A DNA stretch of 64,000 bases, taken from Mobula hypostoma. Lineage: Eukaryota. The position numbers and the translations under genes are program-made. A model generated the notes under the pieces. It was not told where the DNA came from and searched no databases. It worked only from the letters and a program-made list of their open reading frames with translations. The DNA is taken from assembly GCF_963921235.1 (NCBI RefSeq), contig NC_086107.1:93002001-93066000 (forward strand), given 5' to 3'. Of this stretch, positions 39,035-51,333 are shown in pieces (within the stretch, counting starts at the first letter, position 1; each line of letters begins with the position of its first letter).

Positions 39035-40311
39035 CATTCAGTGGCCACTTTATTAGGTATAGGAGGAATAGTAAGTCTTCTGCTGCTGTAGCCTATCCAC
39101 TTCAAGGTTCGACAAGTTGTGCATTCAGAGATGCTTTTCTGCACAGCACTGTTGTGATGACGAGGCCTCTGTCAGTCAGTGTCGACCATGGATGTTGCGT
39201 CTAATCTGTCTAGATATGCAAGCCTGGAGAGTACGATATGGAGAGTGAGCTGTAGCCCATGTAACAACCTCCCCCTCTCCACGCATCAGATGAACTCAAA
39301 GGAACAGCAGAGACTGATACAGTTTGGCACCAGCAGCGTCACAGGAGTTGCCAGTCAGCGTTGAACTCAATGTAGGACTGCCTTAGGGACTCCAGCTCCG
39401 GATTTTTCCCTCAGAGTTTACTCCTGAGTCCTTCCTCATGAGTGGGTACAGCCGCAAGATAGCAGAGATTTGAGATCAGAGTTTTTCTTCTCCTAGATGA
39501 ACTGTCGACCGTGGCAGTTCAAACGTAGGATTGCCTTAGGGACTCCACTTCTGCAGGCTTCCTCGGAGTTTACCCCTGAAGCATTCCCCATGAGTGGATA
39601 TAGCCACAAGGTAGCGGAGATTTGAGATTTTCATCTCCTAGATGAGCTGCCAACCATGGCTGACGAGCCCCAAATGCACAAAGTGACTGGTCTTAAGGCA
39701 CTAATAACCAGTCTTTGCCCCTTCTCCTGTTCGTAGAAACGGTTCCGCTGGGCTTAGTAGCTAAACCACACATGAAGGCCAGGAGCTGGACTTGGTTGTC
39801 AGCGGCTATTTGAGGCGCATGCCATTGGGAGCATTTATTAGGTAGAAGGAGCTTGTCCCCATTACCACCCCCGTCTGTAATAGCCTTAAGGAATCGCCAA
39901 TGCTGTAACGCATGGTTATTTTAGTTAACGTCACCTTTCTGTCAGCTTGAAGCAATCAGGCCATTCTCCTCTGACCTCTCTCATTAACAAGGCATTTCCA
40001 CCCACATACTAGCCGCTCACTAGATTTTATTTTGTTTTTTGCACCATTCTCTGCAAACTCTAGAAATTGTTGTGCGTAAAAATCTAAGGAGATCAGCAGT
40101 TTCTGAGATACTCAAACCGCCCCATCTGGCACTAACATTCATTCCACGTTCAAAGTCACTTACATCAAACTTTGCCCCCATTCCGATTTTTGGTCTGAAC
40201 AACAACCGAACTTCTTCACCCTGTCTGCATGCCTTTATGCATTGAGTTGCTGCCACACGATTGATATTTGCATTAATGAGTAGGTGTACCTAATAAAATG
40301 GCCACTGAGTG
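39035..40311 (-). mobile_element. Tc1 internal-deletion derivative with both TIRs, hosting an RTE-like insert
   Basis: TA-cattcagtggccactttattaggta...tacctaataaaatggccactgagtg-TA. HTH remnant MGAKFDVSDFERGMNVSARWGGLSISETADLL. Confidence 0.85.
39159..39895 (-). mobile_element. RTE-like 5'UTR-derived element with a ~150-bp internal tandem duplication
   Basis: The gtaggactgccttagggactcc...ctcctagatga unit occurs twice. Degenerate flanking duplication gcactgttgtga/ccaatgctgtaa. Confidence 0.55.
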
Positions 40312-40614
40312 TATGTTACCACATTCTACCCTGATATTCCTTTTCTTGAAGACATAAACAGGAAAATAAAGAAATAAGGTTTACAAAAATAACTGAAGGT
40401 TGTGTGATCTTTCTTTATGACTCGTACCCTCTAATCCAGACAGCATCCTGGTAAGGCTATCCTGCACACTTTCCGAAGCCTCCACATCTTCCAATCATGG
40501 GACAACCAGAATAATACTCAATAACTACTTTACCAAAAACATTTTCTCAACTCCCTGATCTTCTTTCTCCCTGTTATTCTGATTCTCTGTTCCATTCTCA
40601 CCTCTTTATTATTA

Positions 40615-41352
40615 GCATCCAATACTTGGGAGTACTGTGTCCAATTCCAGTCACCTCATTATGGGAAAGATGTGGAAGTTCTAGAGAGGGTATAGGGGCG
40701 ATATACCAGGATGCTGCCTGGATTAGAGAACATGTCTTAAGGGCATAGGTTGAGCGAGCTAGGGCTTTGCTCTTTGAAGAGAAGGAGGATGAGAGGTGAC
40801 TTGATTGAGGTGTACAAGATGATATGAGACAGAGCTAGATACTTTTATCCACAGTGGAAATTGCATAATTTTAAGGTGATTGGAGGAAAGAATAGTTTGG
40901 GGGATGGTGGAGGATTGTCAGAGGTAGGTTTATTACACAGAGAGTGGTAACACACTACCAGGGTGGTTGTAGAAGCAGATGCATTAAGGACATTTAAGAG
41001 ACTCATAGATAGGCATATGGATGAAAGAAAAATGGAGGGTTAAGTGGGATGGAAGGGTTAAGTTGCTCTAGGAGTAGGTTAAAGGGTTGGCACAGCATTG
41101 TGGGCCTCTAGGTTTTTGAAAATAAAAACAGTGGAGGCGTTTTATGTTTAAGAAAAACCATAGCAACTCATCTATTGTACTGCCAACACTGAACACAAAG
41201 CACGTTAAAAGTACTTTACATAATTACGTAATCACGTCAGGCCTGCCTCTTAAAGTGAACCCCAACTCAATGTCGGTGGCTGTGAATTATGAACACTTTC
41301 ACCTACAGGCCGAAAGTCCTGTATTCTACTGTAATGTTCTGTGTTCTATGTT
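40615..41352 (+). mobile_element. CR1 3' fragment
   Basis: tacttgggagtactgtgtcc...gaggatgagaggtgacttgattgagg core and gttctatgttct tail. Confidence 0.75.
41107..41307 (-). mobile_element. 201-bp solo-LTR-like insertion
   Basis: Perfect 4-bp TSD ggcc (41103-41106 and 41308-41311). Termini tctaggt and acctaca form a 6/7 inverted match of the TG..CA type. Cleanly splits a CR1 tail. Confidence 0.65.
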
Positions 41353-42189
41353 CTCCCTCAAATGTTCTTCCTTTTTGATGCTCCTATACTATCTTGTTCA
41401 GTCGCTCCCTATGGAGGTGAGGTCTATAATGTCACCATTATTGGTTTTTGGTGATTGTCTGATGCTATCAGCCTCTGGTTTCCCCTCCTCCATATGTGGA
41501 ATCATTTTCTTCACATTAAAAACTCTTTGCAATTGTAGAGATCTCTAATAGGTCAACCTTCAAAGAGAGAGAAACAAGGCCAAGTCTGTTCACTCCCTTT
41601 AGTATCATTGGTGTAAATTCTGCCTGCACCCTCTCCATCACCTTGACATCTTCTATAAAACAGGCTCAGCAGAAATGCACGCTGTGATCTAAGTGTGCTC
41701 CAACTAAGTTTTGTAAAAGGTTTAGCATCTCTTCCTTACTTTGCATTTCCACCCCTCTAAAAATTTATTTATCTTTACTTTTGAGATATGGCACGGAACG
41801 GGCCTCTTCAGCCCAATGAGCTCTGTTGTCTATTTACTTAACCCTAGCCCAATCATGGGACAATTTACAATGACCAATTAATCTACTCAGTCTTTGGACT
41901 AAGGGAGCAAACTTGACCACTCAGAGGAAACCCGCGCAGTCACGGGGAGAACATACAAACTCCTTACAGAATTGAACTTTGAACTCTGATACCCCCCCAC
42001 CCGAATTGCAATAGCATTGCACTAACTGCTACATGAAAGTGGCACCTAGTAATAAACCCAACCTCGTGGTTTGCCTTTTTTTTTAATGATTCTTGCTTGC
42101 TCAGCAACTGTGCATTTATGTTCCAAGATGCCTTTATTTCTCAATCACACTCATGTTCAACATCAAGTGGCTATAATTTCAGAATAATG

Positions 42190-42980
42190 ATTGAGATGGA
42201 GTTCAACCCAGATAAGTGTGAGGTGGTTCATTTTGGTAGGTCAAATATGACGGGAGAATATAGTATTAATGGTAAGACTCTTGGCAGTGTGGAGGATCAG
42301 AGGGATCTTGGGGTCTGAGTCCATAGGACGCTCAAAGCAGCTGCTCAGGTTGACTCTGTGGTTAAGAAGGTGTGCGGTGTATTGGCCTTCATCAATCGTG
42401 GAATTGAATTTAGGAGCCGAGAGGTAATGTAGCAGCTATATAGGACCCTGGTCAGACCACACTTGGAGTACTGTGCTCAGTTCTGGTCACCTCACTACAG
42501 GAAGGATGTGGAAGCCATAGAAAGGCTGCAGAGGAGATTTACAAGTTGCCTGGACTGGGGAAGCATGCCTTACGAAAATAGGTTGAGTGAACTTGGCTTT
42601 TCTCCTTGGAGTGACGGAGGATGAGAGGTGACCTGATAGAGGTGTACAAGATGATGAGAGGCATTGATTGTGTGGATAGTCAGAGGCTTTTTCCCAGGGC
42701 TGAAATGCTTGCCACAAGAGGACACAGGTTTAAGGTGCTGGGGAGTAGATACAGAGGAGATGTCAGGGGTATGTTTTTTACTCAGAGAGTGGTGAGTGCG
42801 TGGAATGTGCTGCCGGCAAAGGTGGTGGAGGTGGATACGATAGGGTCTTTTAACAGACTTTTAGATAGGTACATGGAGCTTAGTAAAATAGAGGGCTATC
42901 GGTAAGCCTAGTAATTTCTAAGGTAAGGACATTTTCGGCACAACTCTGTGGGCCGAAGGGCCTGTATTGTGCTGTAGGGT
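42190..42980 (+). mobile_element. Young CR1 3' fragment with (TTTCTATG)n tail
   Basis: MEFNPDKCEVVHFGRSN and MRGDLIEVYKMMRG motifs. Close match to 44282-44942. Confidence 0.9.
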
Positions 42981-43085
42981 TTCTATGTTTCTATGTTTCT
43001 GATAATGGGTTAGCCTCTTGTATTGGAATGAAGAAACATTTCTTCACTCAGAATATTGTGAATATTTGAAGTTCTCTATTCAGAG

Positions 43086-43166
43086 CAGGAGTTCCCAACC
43101 TCACTTATGCCATGGACCACCCGCCGTTAATTGAGGGGTCCATGGATCCCAGGCTGGGAACCCCTG
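43086..43166. mobile_element. hAT (Charlie-like) MITE, third copy
   Basis: TIRs caggagttcccaacc and ggctgggaacccctg. Same body as the 15124 and 24415 copies. Confidence 0.75.
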
Positions 43167-44281
43167 ACTTACACGACCGTGGATGGTCAGCATCCTCAAA
43201 GCTCAAGGCAACGATTTCCACCATCCAAAGAATGAAGGGTTATGGGAATAAGATGAGTGGTGGACCAGGCTTAAATACCAGTGCGACCCTTTCCTGTTCC
43301 ACTTAGACTCAGAGAGTTATAGAAGAATGCAGCATGGCTACAAGCCCTTCAGTCCAACCAGCCCATGCCAACTATGGTGCCCAACTAGCTTGTGTTCGGA
43401 CTATATCCCTCTAAGCCATGTCCCTCCATGTACGTGTCCACGTCCTTCTCAAATGATATTTGTGTACCCACCTCAACCACTTCCTTTGGGATATATTCGT
43501 CACCCTCTGCATGAAAAAGTACCTTTTAAATATTTCCCCTCTCATCCTAAACTTATGCCCCCTAGTTCTGGACTCCCCTACTGTGGGGGAAAGACTCTTG
43601 GTGTCCATTTTATCCGTGCGTCTTATCATTTTAAACACTTCTAGACGGTTGCTCCTCATTCTCCTGCAATCTAAGGAATAAGGAACCAGACGCAGAATCA
43701 GAATTAGCATCATTTTTGCTGTCTTATACGACATGAAATTTGTTGTTCTGTGGCAGCAGTACCATGGAAAACATACAAATTACTATAAGTTATAAAATTA
43801 CTCTGTTATAAAAATATATAAATCGTGTAATAGGTCTCTTTTGAATGTTTCCCCTTTCACCCTAAATCTTAGTCGATGCCCCTGAGTTTTGTTCTCTCCT
43901 ATCCTACAGAAAAGGTTATCATCCATAGTATGTATTCCTTTCATAAACTTGAACATTTCTATATGGTCACCCCTCATTCTTCTGCATTCCAAAGAATACA
44001 GGTTCTTTTGTCATTTGGTGGTGGATTAGTGCAATTCATTGCCACAGACAGACTCAAACGCCGAGTCATTGGGTATATTTAAAGGGGGATACCAGGGAGC
44101 TGAGGAGAAGAGAAGGGTAAGAGGGGATCCAGAATGGGGAATAGATAAAGTTGCGAAGGGCGAGAGGAGAATTACCGGAAGTTAGAGAAATCACTGTTCA
44201 TGCTTTCAGGTTGAGGCTATCTAGACAGAATATGAGGTCTCCAACCTGAGAGTGCAGAGGAGGCCATGGACCGACACATGC

Positions 44282-44942
44282 CCCAATCTGCTATGCAGGT
44301 TGACTCTGTGGTTAAGAAGGCATACGGTGCATTAGCCTTCATCAATCGTGGGATTGAGTTTAGGAGCCGAGAGGTAATGTTGCAGCTCTATAGGACCCTG
44401 GTCAGGCCCCACTTGGAGTACTGTGCTCAGCTCTTGTTGCCTTACTACAGGAAGGATGTGGAAACTATAGAAAGGGTGCAGAGGAGATTTACAAGGATGT
44501 TGCCTGGATTAGGGAGCATGCCTGATGAGAATAGGTTGGGTGAACTCAGCCTTTTTTCCTTGGAGCAACGGAGGATGAGAGGTGACCTGATCAAGGTGTA
44601 CAAGATAATGAGAGGCATTGATCGTCAGAGGCTTTTTCCCAGGGCTGAAATGGCTAGCATGAGAGGGCATAGTTTGAAGGTGCTTGGAAATAGGTACAGT
44701 GGCGATGTCAGGGGTAAGTTTTTTTACACAAAGAGTGGTGAGTACGTGGAATGGCTGCCAGTGACGTTGTTGGAGGTGGATACGACAGGGTCTTTTAAGA
44801 GACTCCTGGATAGGTACATGGAGCTTAGAAAAATGGAGGGCTATGGGTAACCCTAGGTAATTTCTAAGGTAAGGACATGTTCGGCACAGCCTTGTGGGCC
44901 AAAGGGCCTGTATTGTGCTGTAGGTTTTCTATGTTTCTATGT
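44282..44942 (+). mobile_element. Young CR1 3' fragment
   Basis: QVDSVVKKAYGALAFINRGIEFRSREVMLQLYRTLVRPHLEYC. ctatgtttctatg tail. Confidence 0.9.
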
Positions 44943-45559
44943 AACCTATATTGATAGGTTCTTGATTAGTAAGGGTAGGGGAAGAGGCAGGAGAATGGGG
45001 TTGAGGGAGATAATAAATCAGCCATGATGGAATTGCAGAGCAGACTCGATGGGCTGAATGGCCTAATTCAGCTCCTACGTTTTATGGTGAAGTTTGTGAT
45101 GCACATTAGCATGTTATAGAGAAGTGTGTGGGGTTTCTCAAAGTGTTAGAATGATATTCATGGATAAATTGTGTTGGTTAAACAGAGGAGCATGGCCTCA
45201 GAGTGAAAAGTGTGGAGCTCTTCAGAGTTTTGGAGTGAGAGGTACTGAGATGTGAAGAACATGGAGCTTAGTGTGTTAGAGTGAAAGCTATAGGGTATAT
45301 CAGAGTTTGCTACAATGAGGTGTGTTGGGTATACTAGAGAGAGTTTATACACTGTAAGTGTGTGTGACATAGTAGAGAATATTTGTGATGTGTAACAAGG
45401 TGGGTGATGACCTCAACATTACAGAGATACAGTTTTGTTAAAGGGTCTACAACCTGGAAGGTTAACCATTTCTCTTCCCACAGACGCTGCCCGACCTGCT
45501 GAGTGTTTCCAGCATTTTCTGTCTTTATTTCCGATTTGCAGAATATGCATTTTTCCAAT

Positions 45560-45863
45560 TTACTTCCTGCCCATTACACCACTGGCATTTAGGGCATCAA
45601 TGAAGGTCCTCCATCACTGGTGGAGCTCAGGGCTTCCTTTGCCATGTCAGGAGCTTCCTCTCGGTTTTCACTAGTCAGTCATGCAAGTCCCGGGTGGAGA
45701 CTCAGGAATATCATCACACTCAGATGTAGATGGATTCTTCAGTGCTGTTTCTGTAACAAGTATGACCAGTCACTGAGATGAACGCCCAAACCTGAAGGAC
45801 CAGCGGACCACTCTTAGTCTAGCCTCCGCCCTTCGACTTGTTTGGCATGGGTGAACCTACCAA
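45560..45863 (-). mobile_element. Bipartite RTE derivative, 3' part (continues at 48531-48628)
   Basis: Inverse of the 19436/26663 family. Stops at gtttggcatgggtgaacctaccaa. Confidence 0.7.
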
Positions 45864-48528
45864 ATGGTGTGGCTCTGTTGGTAAGAGATGCAATTACATC
45901 TTTGGAAAGAGGTGGCATAGTGACAAAGAACATTGAATCTTTCTGGGTAGAGTTAAGAAACTGCAAGGGTAAAAAAAAACAATATAGGAATCATATATAA
46001 GCCTCCAAATAGTAGTCAGGATGTGGGGTTGAGATTGCAAAGGGAGCCGGAAGTGGCACGTAATAAGGGTAATGTAAATATTGTAATGGGGGACCTCAAT
46101 ACGCAAGGGGATTGGGATTGCAAGAGAGGGAATTTGTTGAATGCCTACGAGATAGTTTTTTGAGAGCAGCTTGTGCTTGGGCCTAATCAGGGAAAGGCTA
46201 TCTTAGGTTGGGTGTTGAGTAATAATCCAGCTTTTATTAGGGAGCTTAAGGTAAAGAAACCCTTAGGAGACTGTGATCATAATGCAGCTTGAGAGGGAGA
46301 AGCATAACTCACATGTATCAGTATCACAATGGAATAAAGGGAATTGTGGAGCCACGAGAGAGGAGCTTGTCCATATAGATTGGAGGGGGGCTAATGGTAG
46401 GGCTTGACAACAGACCAGAGGTGGTTGAAGTTTCTGGGAATAGTTCACAAGGCACAGGATAGATAGGTCCCACAGAAAAAGAAGTTTTTCTCAAATGGCA
46501 GGGCAGGCAACCATGGCTGACAAGGGAAGTTAAGGACTGCATAAAAGCCAAGGAAAAGGTATATAATGTAGCAACAGTGAGTGGAAAGTTGGATGATTCA
46601 GGAAGTTTTAAAATCCACCAAAAGGCAACTAAAAAAGCCATAAGAGGGGAAAAGATGAAATATGAGGGCAAACTAACTAATAATATAAAGCAGGATATAA
46701 AGGTTTTTTCAGTTATATAAAGAGTAAAAGGGAGGTGAGAGTTGATATTCAGCCACTGCAAAATGATGCTAGTGAGGCGGTAAGGGGGGCAGAGAAATGG
46801 CGGATGAACTTAATAAGTACTTTGCATCAGTCTTCTCTCTGGAAGACACTGGCAGTGTACTAGAGGTCCATGAGTGTCAGGGAGCAGGAGTGAGTGTCAT
46901 TGCTACTATGAAGGAAAAGATGCTAGGCAAACTGAAAGGTCTTAAGGCAGATAAGTCACCTATACCAGGCGGACTACATCAGAGTTCTGAAAGAGGTCGC
47001 TGAAGAGATAGAAAATGCATTGGTTGTGATCTTTCAAGAATCACTTGATTCTGGCATGGTTCCAGAACAATGGAAAAGACCAAATGTCACTCCGCTCTTT
47101 AAGGAGGGAGGAAGTCAAAAGAAAGGAAATTAAGGGCTACTTAGCCTAACCTCTGTGGCTGGAAAAGTGTTGGAGTCCATTATAAAGGATGAGGTTTCAG
47201 GGTACTTGGAGACTAATGATAAAATAAGTCAAAGTCAGCATGTTTTCTGTAAAGGGAAATCTGCCTGACAAATCTATTATAGTTCTTCGAGAAAGTAACT
47301 AGCAGGATGGACAAAGGAGAGGCAGTGGATGTCATTTACTTGGATTTTCAGAAGGCATTTGATAAGGTGCCACAGATGAGGCTGCTTAAAAAGATAAAAT
47401 CCCATGGTATTACAGGGAGGATACTGACATGGATAGAGGAGTGGCTGACAGGCAGGGGACAGTGAGTGGGAATAAAGGGGGCCTTTTCTGGTTGGCTGCC
47501 AGTGACTAGTGGTGTTCCTCAGGGTTCAGTATTGGGACTACTACTTTTCACATTGTATGTCAATGATTTGGATAATTCCAAATGGCTTTGTGGCAAAGTT
47601 TGTAGATGATATGAAGAGAGGTGGAGGGGTAGATTGTGCTGAGGAAACAATGCGATTGCAGCACGACTTAGACAAGTTGGGAAAATGGGCAACAAAGCAG
47701 CAGATGGATTACAGTGTTGGGAAATGTACGATAATGCATTTTGGTAAAAGGAACGAAAGTGTAGACTACTATCTAAATGGGGAGAGAATTCAAACATCAA
47801 AGGTGCAATGAGACTTAGGAGTCCTTGTGCAAGATTTCCAAAAGGTTAATTTACAGGTTGAGTCCATGGTAAAGAAGGTAAATGCAATGTTGGCATTAAT
47901 TTCAAGGGGAATAGAATATAAAAACAAAGATAATGCTGAGGTTTTGTATATCACTAGTCAGGCCACACTTGGAGTGTTGTCAACAGTTCTGGGCCCCATA
48001 TCTCAGAAAGGATGAGTTGTACTTGGAGAGAGTCCAGAGGGGATTCAGGAGGATGATTCCAGGAATGAAGGGGTTAACATATGAGGAGCATTTGGCGCCT
48101 TTAGGCTTGTACTCAGTGAAATTTAGAAGAATGTCGGTGTGGGGGGGGGGGGACTCATTGAAAACTACTGAATGTTGAAAGGACTAGATAAGGTGGATGT
48201 GGAGAGGATGTTTCCTATGGTGGGGGTATTCAGAACGAGAGGGCACAGCCTCAGAATTGAGGGGCGACCCTTTAGAACGGAGGTAAGGAGGAATTTTTTT
48301 AGCCAGAGAGTAGTGAATCTGTGGAATGCTCTGCCACAGACAGCTGTGGAGGCCAAAATCGTAGGTATATTTAAAGAGAAAATTGATTGTTTCCTGATTG
48401 GTCAGGGCATCAAATGTTATGGCGAGCAAGCAGGTATATGTGGTTGAGTGGGATCCGGGATCAGCCATGATGGAATGGCAGAGCAGACTCGATGGGCTGA
48501 ATAACCTAACTCTGCTCCGATGTCTAAG
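45864..48528 (+). pseudogene. CR1-type LINE ORF2, 5'-truncated, decayed (2.7 kb)
   Basis: IVMGDLN, MADELNKYFASVF, KADKSP, AVDVIYLDFQKAFDKVP, SGVPQGSVLG, AKFVDD, LVRPHLECCQQFWAPYLRKD, FFSQRVVNLWNALP. Confidence 0.92.
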
Positions 48529-48530
48529 GG

Positions 48531-48628
48531 AGAAAGCATAAAGCTCTGACTCCAGCCAACATAGCTCTCCGGGTCATTGAGGCATGCAAACCTTCAACCC
48601 AACAACAATGTTGTGGTCCCCTTGGAGG
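48531..48628 (-). mobile_element. Bipartite RTE derivative, 5' part
   Basis: aaagcataaagctctgactccagcc...ccttggagg continues the family sequence from 45863. Confidence 0.7.
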
Positions 48629-48868
48629 CTGGTGGATTCAGCAATTTAAACAAATGTCTTTGCATCAATGATCTGCAACTCTGAACCATTAGATCAACTA
48701 CTATGCTACAATGCTACCATACCAGTGCTGGATTTAGTATAGGGAATAAATGGTGCTGAGAAGGCATGTAGTATGTTGGCATTCATTAGTCAGGGGATTG
48801 AGTTCAAGAGTGGTGATGCAATGTTGCAACTCTATAAAACTCTGGTTAGATCACACTTGGAATATCGT

Positions 48869-48995
48869 CACAAAATGCTGGTGGAACGCAGCAGGCCAGG
48901 CAGCATCTACAGGAAGAGGTTGCCTGGCCTGCTGCATTCCACCAGCATTTTGTGTGTGTTGCCTGAATTTCCAGCATCTGCAGATTTCCTCGTGT
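48869..48995. mobile_element. Short tail-to-tail Penelope-like insertion inside a CR1 (48750-49510)
   Basis: 12-bp TSD ttggaatatcgt/ttggaatattgt. Internal inverted repeat cacaaaatgctggtggaa / ttccaccagcattttgtg. Confidence 0.75.
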
Positions 48996-50382
48996 TTGGA
49001 ATATTGTGTTCTGTTCCGGTCACCTCATTAAAGGAAGGATATGAGGGCTTTACAGAGGATGCAAAGGAGATTTACCAGGATGCTGCCTGAATTAGAGAGG
49101 TAAGTGAGCTAGGGATTTACTCTTTGGTATGGAGAAGGATGAGGGGTGTCTTAGTCGAGATGTACAAAATCATAAGATCAAGTGGACAGCCAGAGACTTT
49201 ATCTGAGGGCATATATGGCTAATATGCTGGGGCATAACATTAAGATGATTGGAGGAAAGTATAGGGAGATGTCAGAGGTAAATTGGGTTTTACACAGATT
49301 GTGGCAGTTGCATGGAACGTACTGCCAGGAGAGATGGTAGAGGAAGATGCACATTACAGACACTTAAGAGATTCTTAAATAGACACATGGATGAAAGAAA
49401 AATGAAGGTCTATGCGGGAGGGAAGCATTAGAATGATCTTGGAGTAGGTTAAAGGGTTAGCACAACATTGTGGGCTGAAGGGCTACACTGTGCTCTACTG
49501 TTCTATATCCTGTGGTCGAACATGGCCAGGACATCCTCTCCCACTGTCCATTCAAACTCTTCAATGATTTTGTTGAGGTTCTGTTTTGTGATAAAGGGCC
49601 ACCAGATAATTCTCCATTGCTTCAGTGTGCCCCTCAATTGGAGTGGTCTTCTGGTCAGATCTTCCCGTTCCTTCAGTGATGTCCTGCCTTGCCTGGTTGT
49701 TGCTTTAAATATTAATTCAAGTGTTAATTCTTCTTGTGTTTCCTTTGGGTGACATCATCCTTTCTCTGCATGGGTAAAAGATATTTTTATTAATAAGGAA
49801 ATAAGTGCAAGAAATTGAAAAAATCTTTCTTGAGCTGCGGGTGATTGTTCACTGCCCAGTTCATTTCAGAGGATCTTTGTGGGTCCAGCATGTAAGTGCC
49901 ATCACAAAGAAGGGGTGGCTACTTTCCTGGAAGTTTCAGTAGATTCAGCATGTCTTCTAAACTTGACAAACTGTAAACGCGCAGTGAAGAGTATCCTGAC
50001 TGGTTGCATAACGGTCTAGTACGGAAACACCAATGCTCAGGAAAGGAAACTCCACAGAAAATGGCGGATACAGCCTAGTCCATCACAGGCAAAGCCATTG
50101 AGCCCATCTACAAGTAGCACAACCCCAAGAAAGCATCATCCATCATCAATTTCCCCCACCATCCAGCACCATGCTCTCTTCTGGCTGCTGCCATCTGGGA
50201 GGAGTTACAGGAGCTTTAGGTCCCACACCACCAGGTTCAGGAGCAGTTATTACCCTTCAACCATCAGGCTCCTGAACCAACGGGGATACCTTCACTCACA
50301 TCAACTCTGAAATGATTCCACAACCAACAGACTCGCTTTCAATGACTCTTTACAACTCATATTCTCAGTATGTAGGTAGGTA

Positions 50383-50787
50383 CAGTACTGTTGGGCACCC
50401 TAGATTTTTTATCTGGATTAGGACAGCATCGCCTCCACAGAGCCCTGATCTCAACATCATCGAGGCTGTCTGGGACTTCCCCAGAGAGACAGAAGCAAGC
50501 AAGACAACCAAAGTCTACAGAAGAACTGTAGCAAGTTTTCCAAGATGTCTGAAACAATCTACCAGCTGACTTTCTTATAGAACTGCATGGCGGTGTACCT
50601 AAGAGAATTGATCCAGTTTTAAAGGCAAGTCACGGTCACACCAAATATTGATCTGATTTAGATTTTACTGTTAACTGCTTTTTATAGTATTTAAAAAAAA
50701 ATTATAAACTTTTCATTTCATTATTTTTAAAAGCATCGCCACTTTACAAATTATTTTACATGTGCCCAAGACATTTGCACAGTACTG
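50383..50787 (+). mobile_element. Tc1-derived MITE with transposase C-terminal remnant
   Basis: cagtactg termini and PPQSPDLNIIEAVWD (the DDE glutamate motif). Inverse of 8341-8850. Confidence 0.8.
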
Positions 50788-50980
50788 TGTGTGTTTATTT
50801 ATTAATTATTTGCAGAATCTGTCACCTTTTGCACATTGGTTGTTTGTCAGTCTGTGTATATGTTTAAGTTTTCATAAATTCTGTTGTATTCCTATACCTT
50901 CCTGTAAAGGCCTACAAGAAAATGAATCTCAAGGTAGTATATGGTGACATTCAGTACATACAGTATACTTTGATAATTAA

Positions 50981-51333
50981 AGCAACACATAAAAAATGCT
51001 GGTGAACGCAGCAGGCCAGGCAGCACCTATAGGAAGAGGTACAGTCAACGTTTCGGGCTGACACCCTTTGACAGGTCCCTTTTGCCAATCAACTTTCCAG
51101 CTCTAGCTCCATCCCTCCCCCTCCTGTCTTCTCCTATCCTTTCAGATCTCCCCCTCTCCTCTCACTTTCAAATCTCTTACTAGCTCTTCTTTCAGTTAGT
51201 CCTGACGAAGGATCTCGGCCCGAAACGTCGACTGTACCTCTTCCTATAGATGCTGCCTGGTCTGCTGCGTTCACCAGCATTTTTTATGTGTGTTGCTTGA
51301 CTTTCCAGCATCTGCAGATCTCCTCGTGTTTGC
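50981..51333 (+). mobile_element. Tail-to-tail Penelope-like insertion
   Basis: Perfect 16-bp TSD atactttgataattaa (50965-50980 and 51334-51349). ~95-bp inverted arm. Confidence 0.85.
51198..51233 (+). ncRNA. Minimal type I hammerhead ribozyme motif
   Basis: agtc-ctgacga-aggatctcggccc-gaaac-gtc-gact. Confidence 0.6.

Noticed and set aside
44266..44850. 194-aa ORF as a possible gene
   Set aside because: It is the C-terminus of CR1 ORF2 fused by chance to an ATG in a Penelope fragment.
49500..49760. ~80-codon open frame on the minus strand (…QEELTLELIFKA…)
   Set aside because: No start codon or clear splice sites. It may be a decayed L1 ORF1 piece but I cannot support that.
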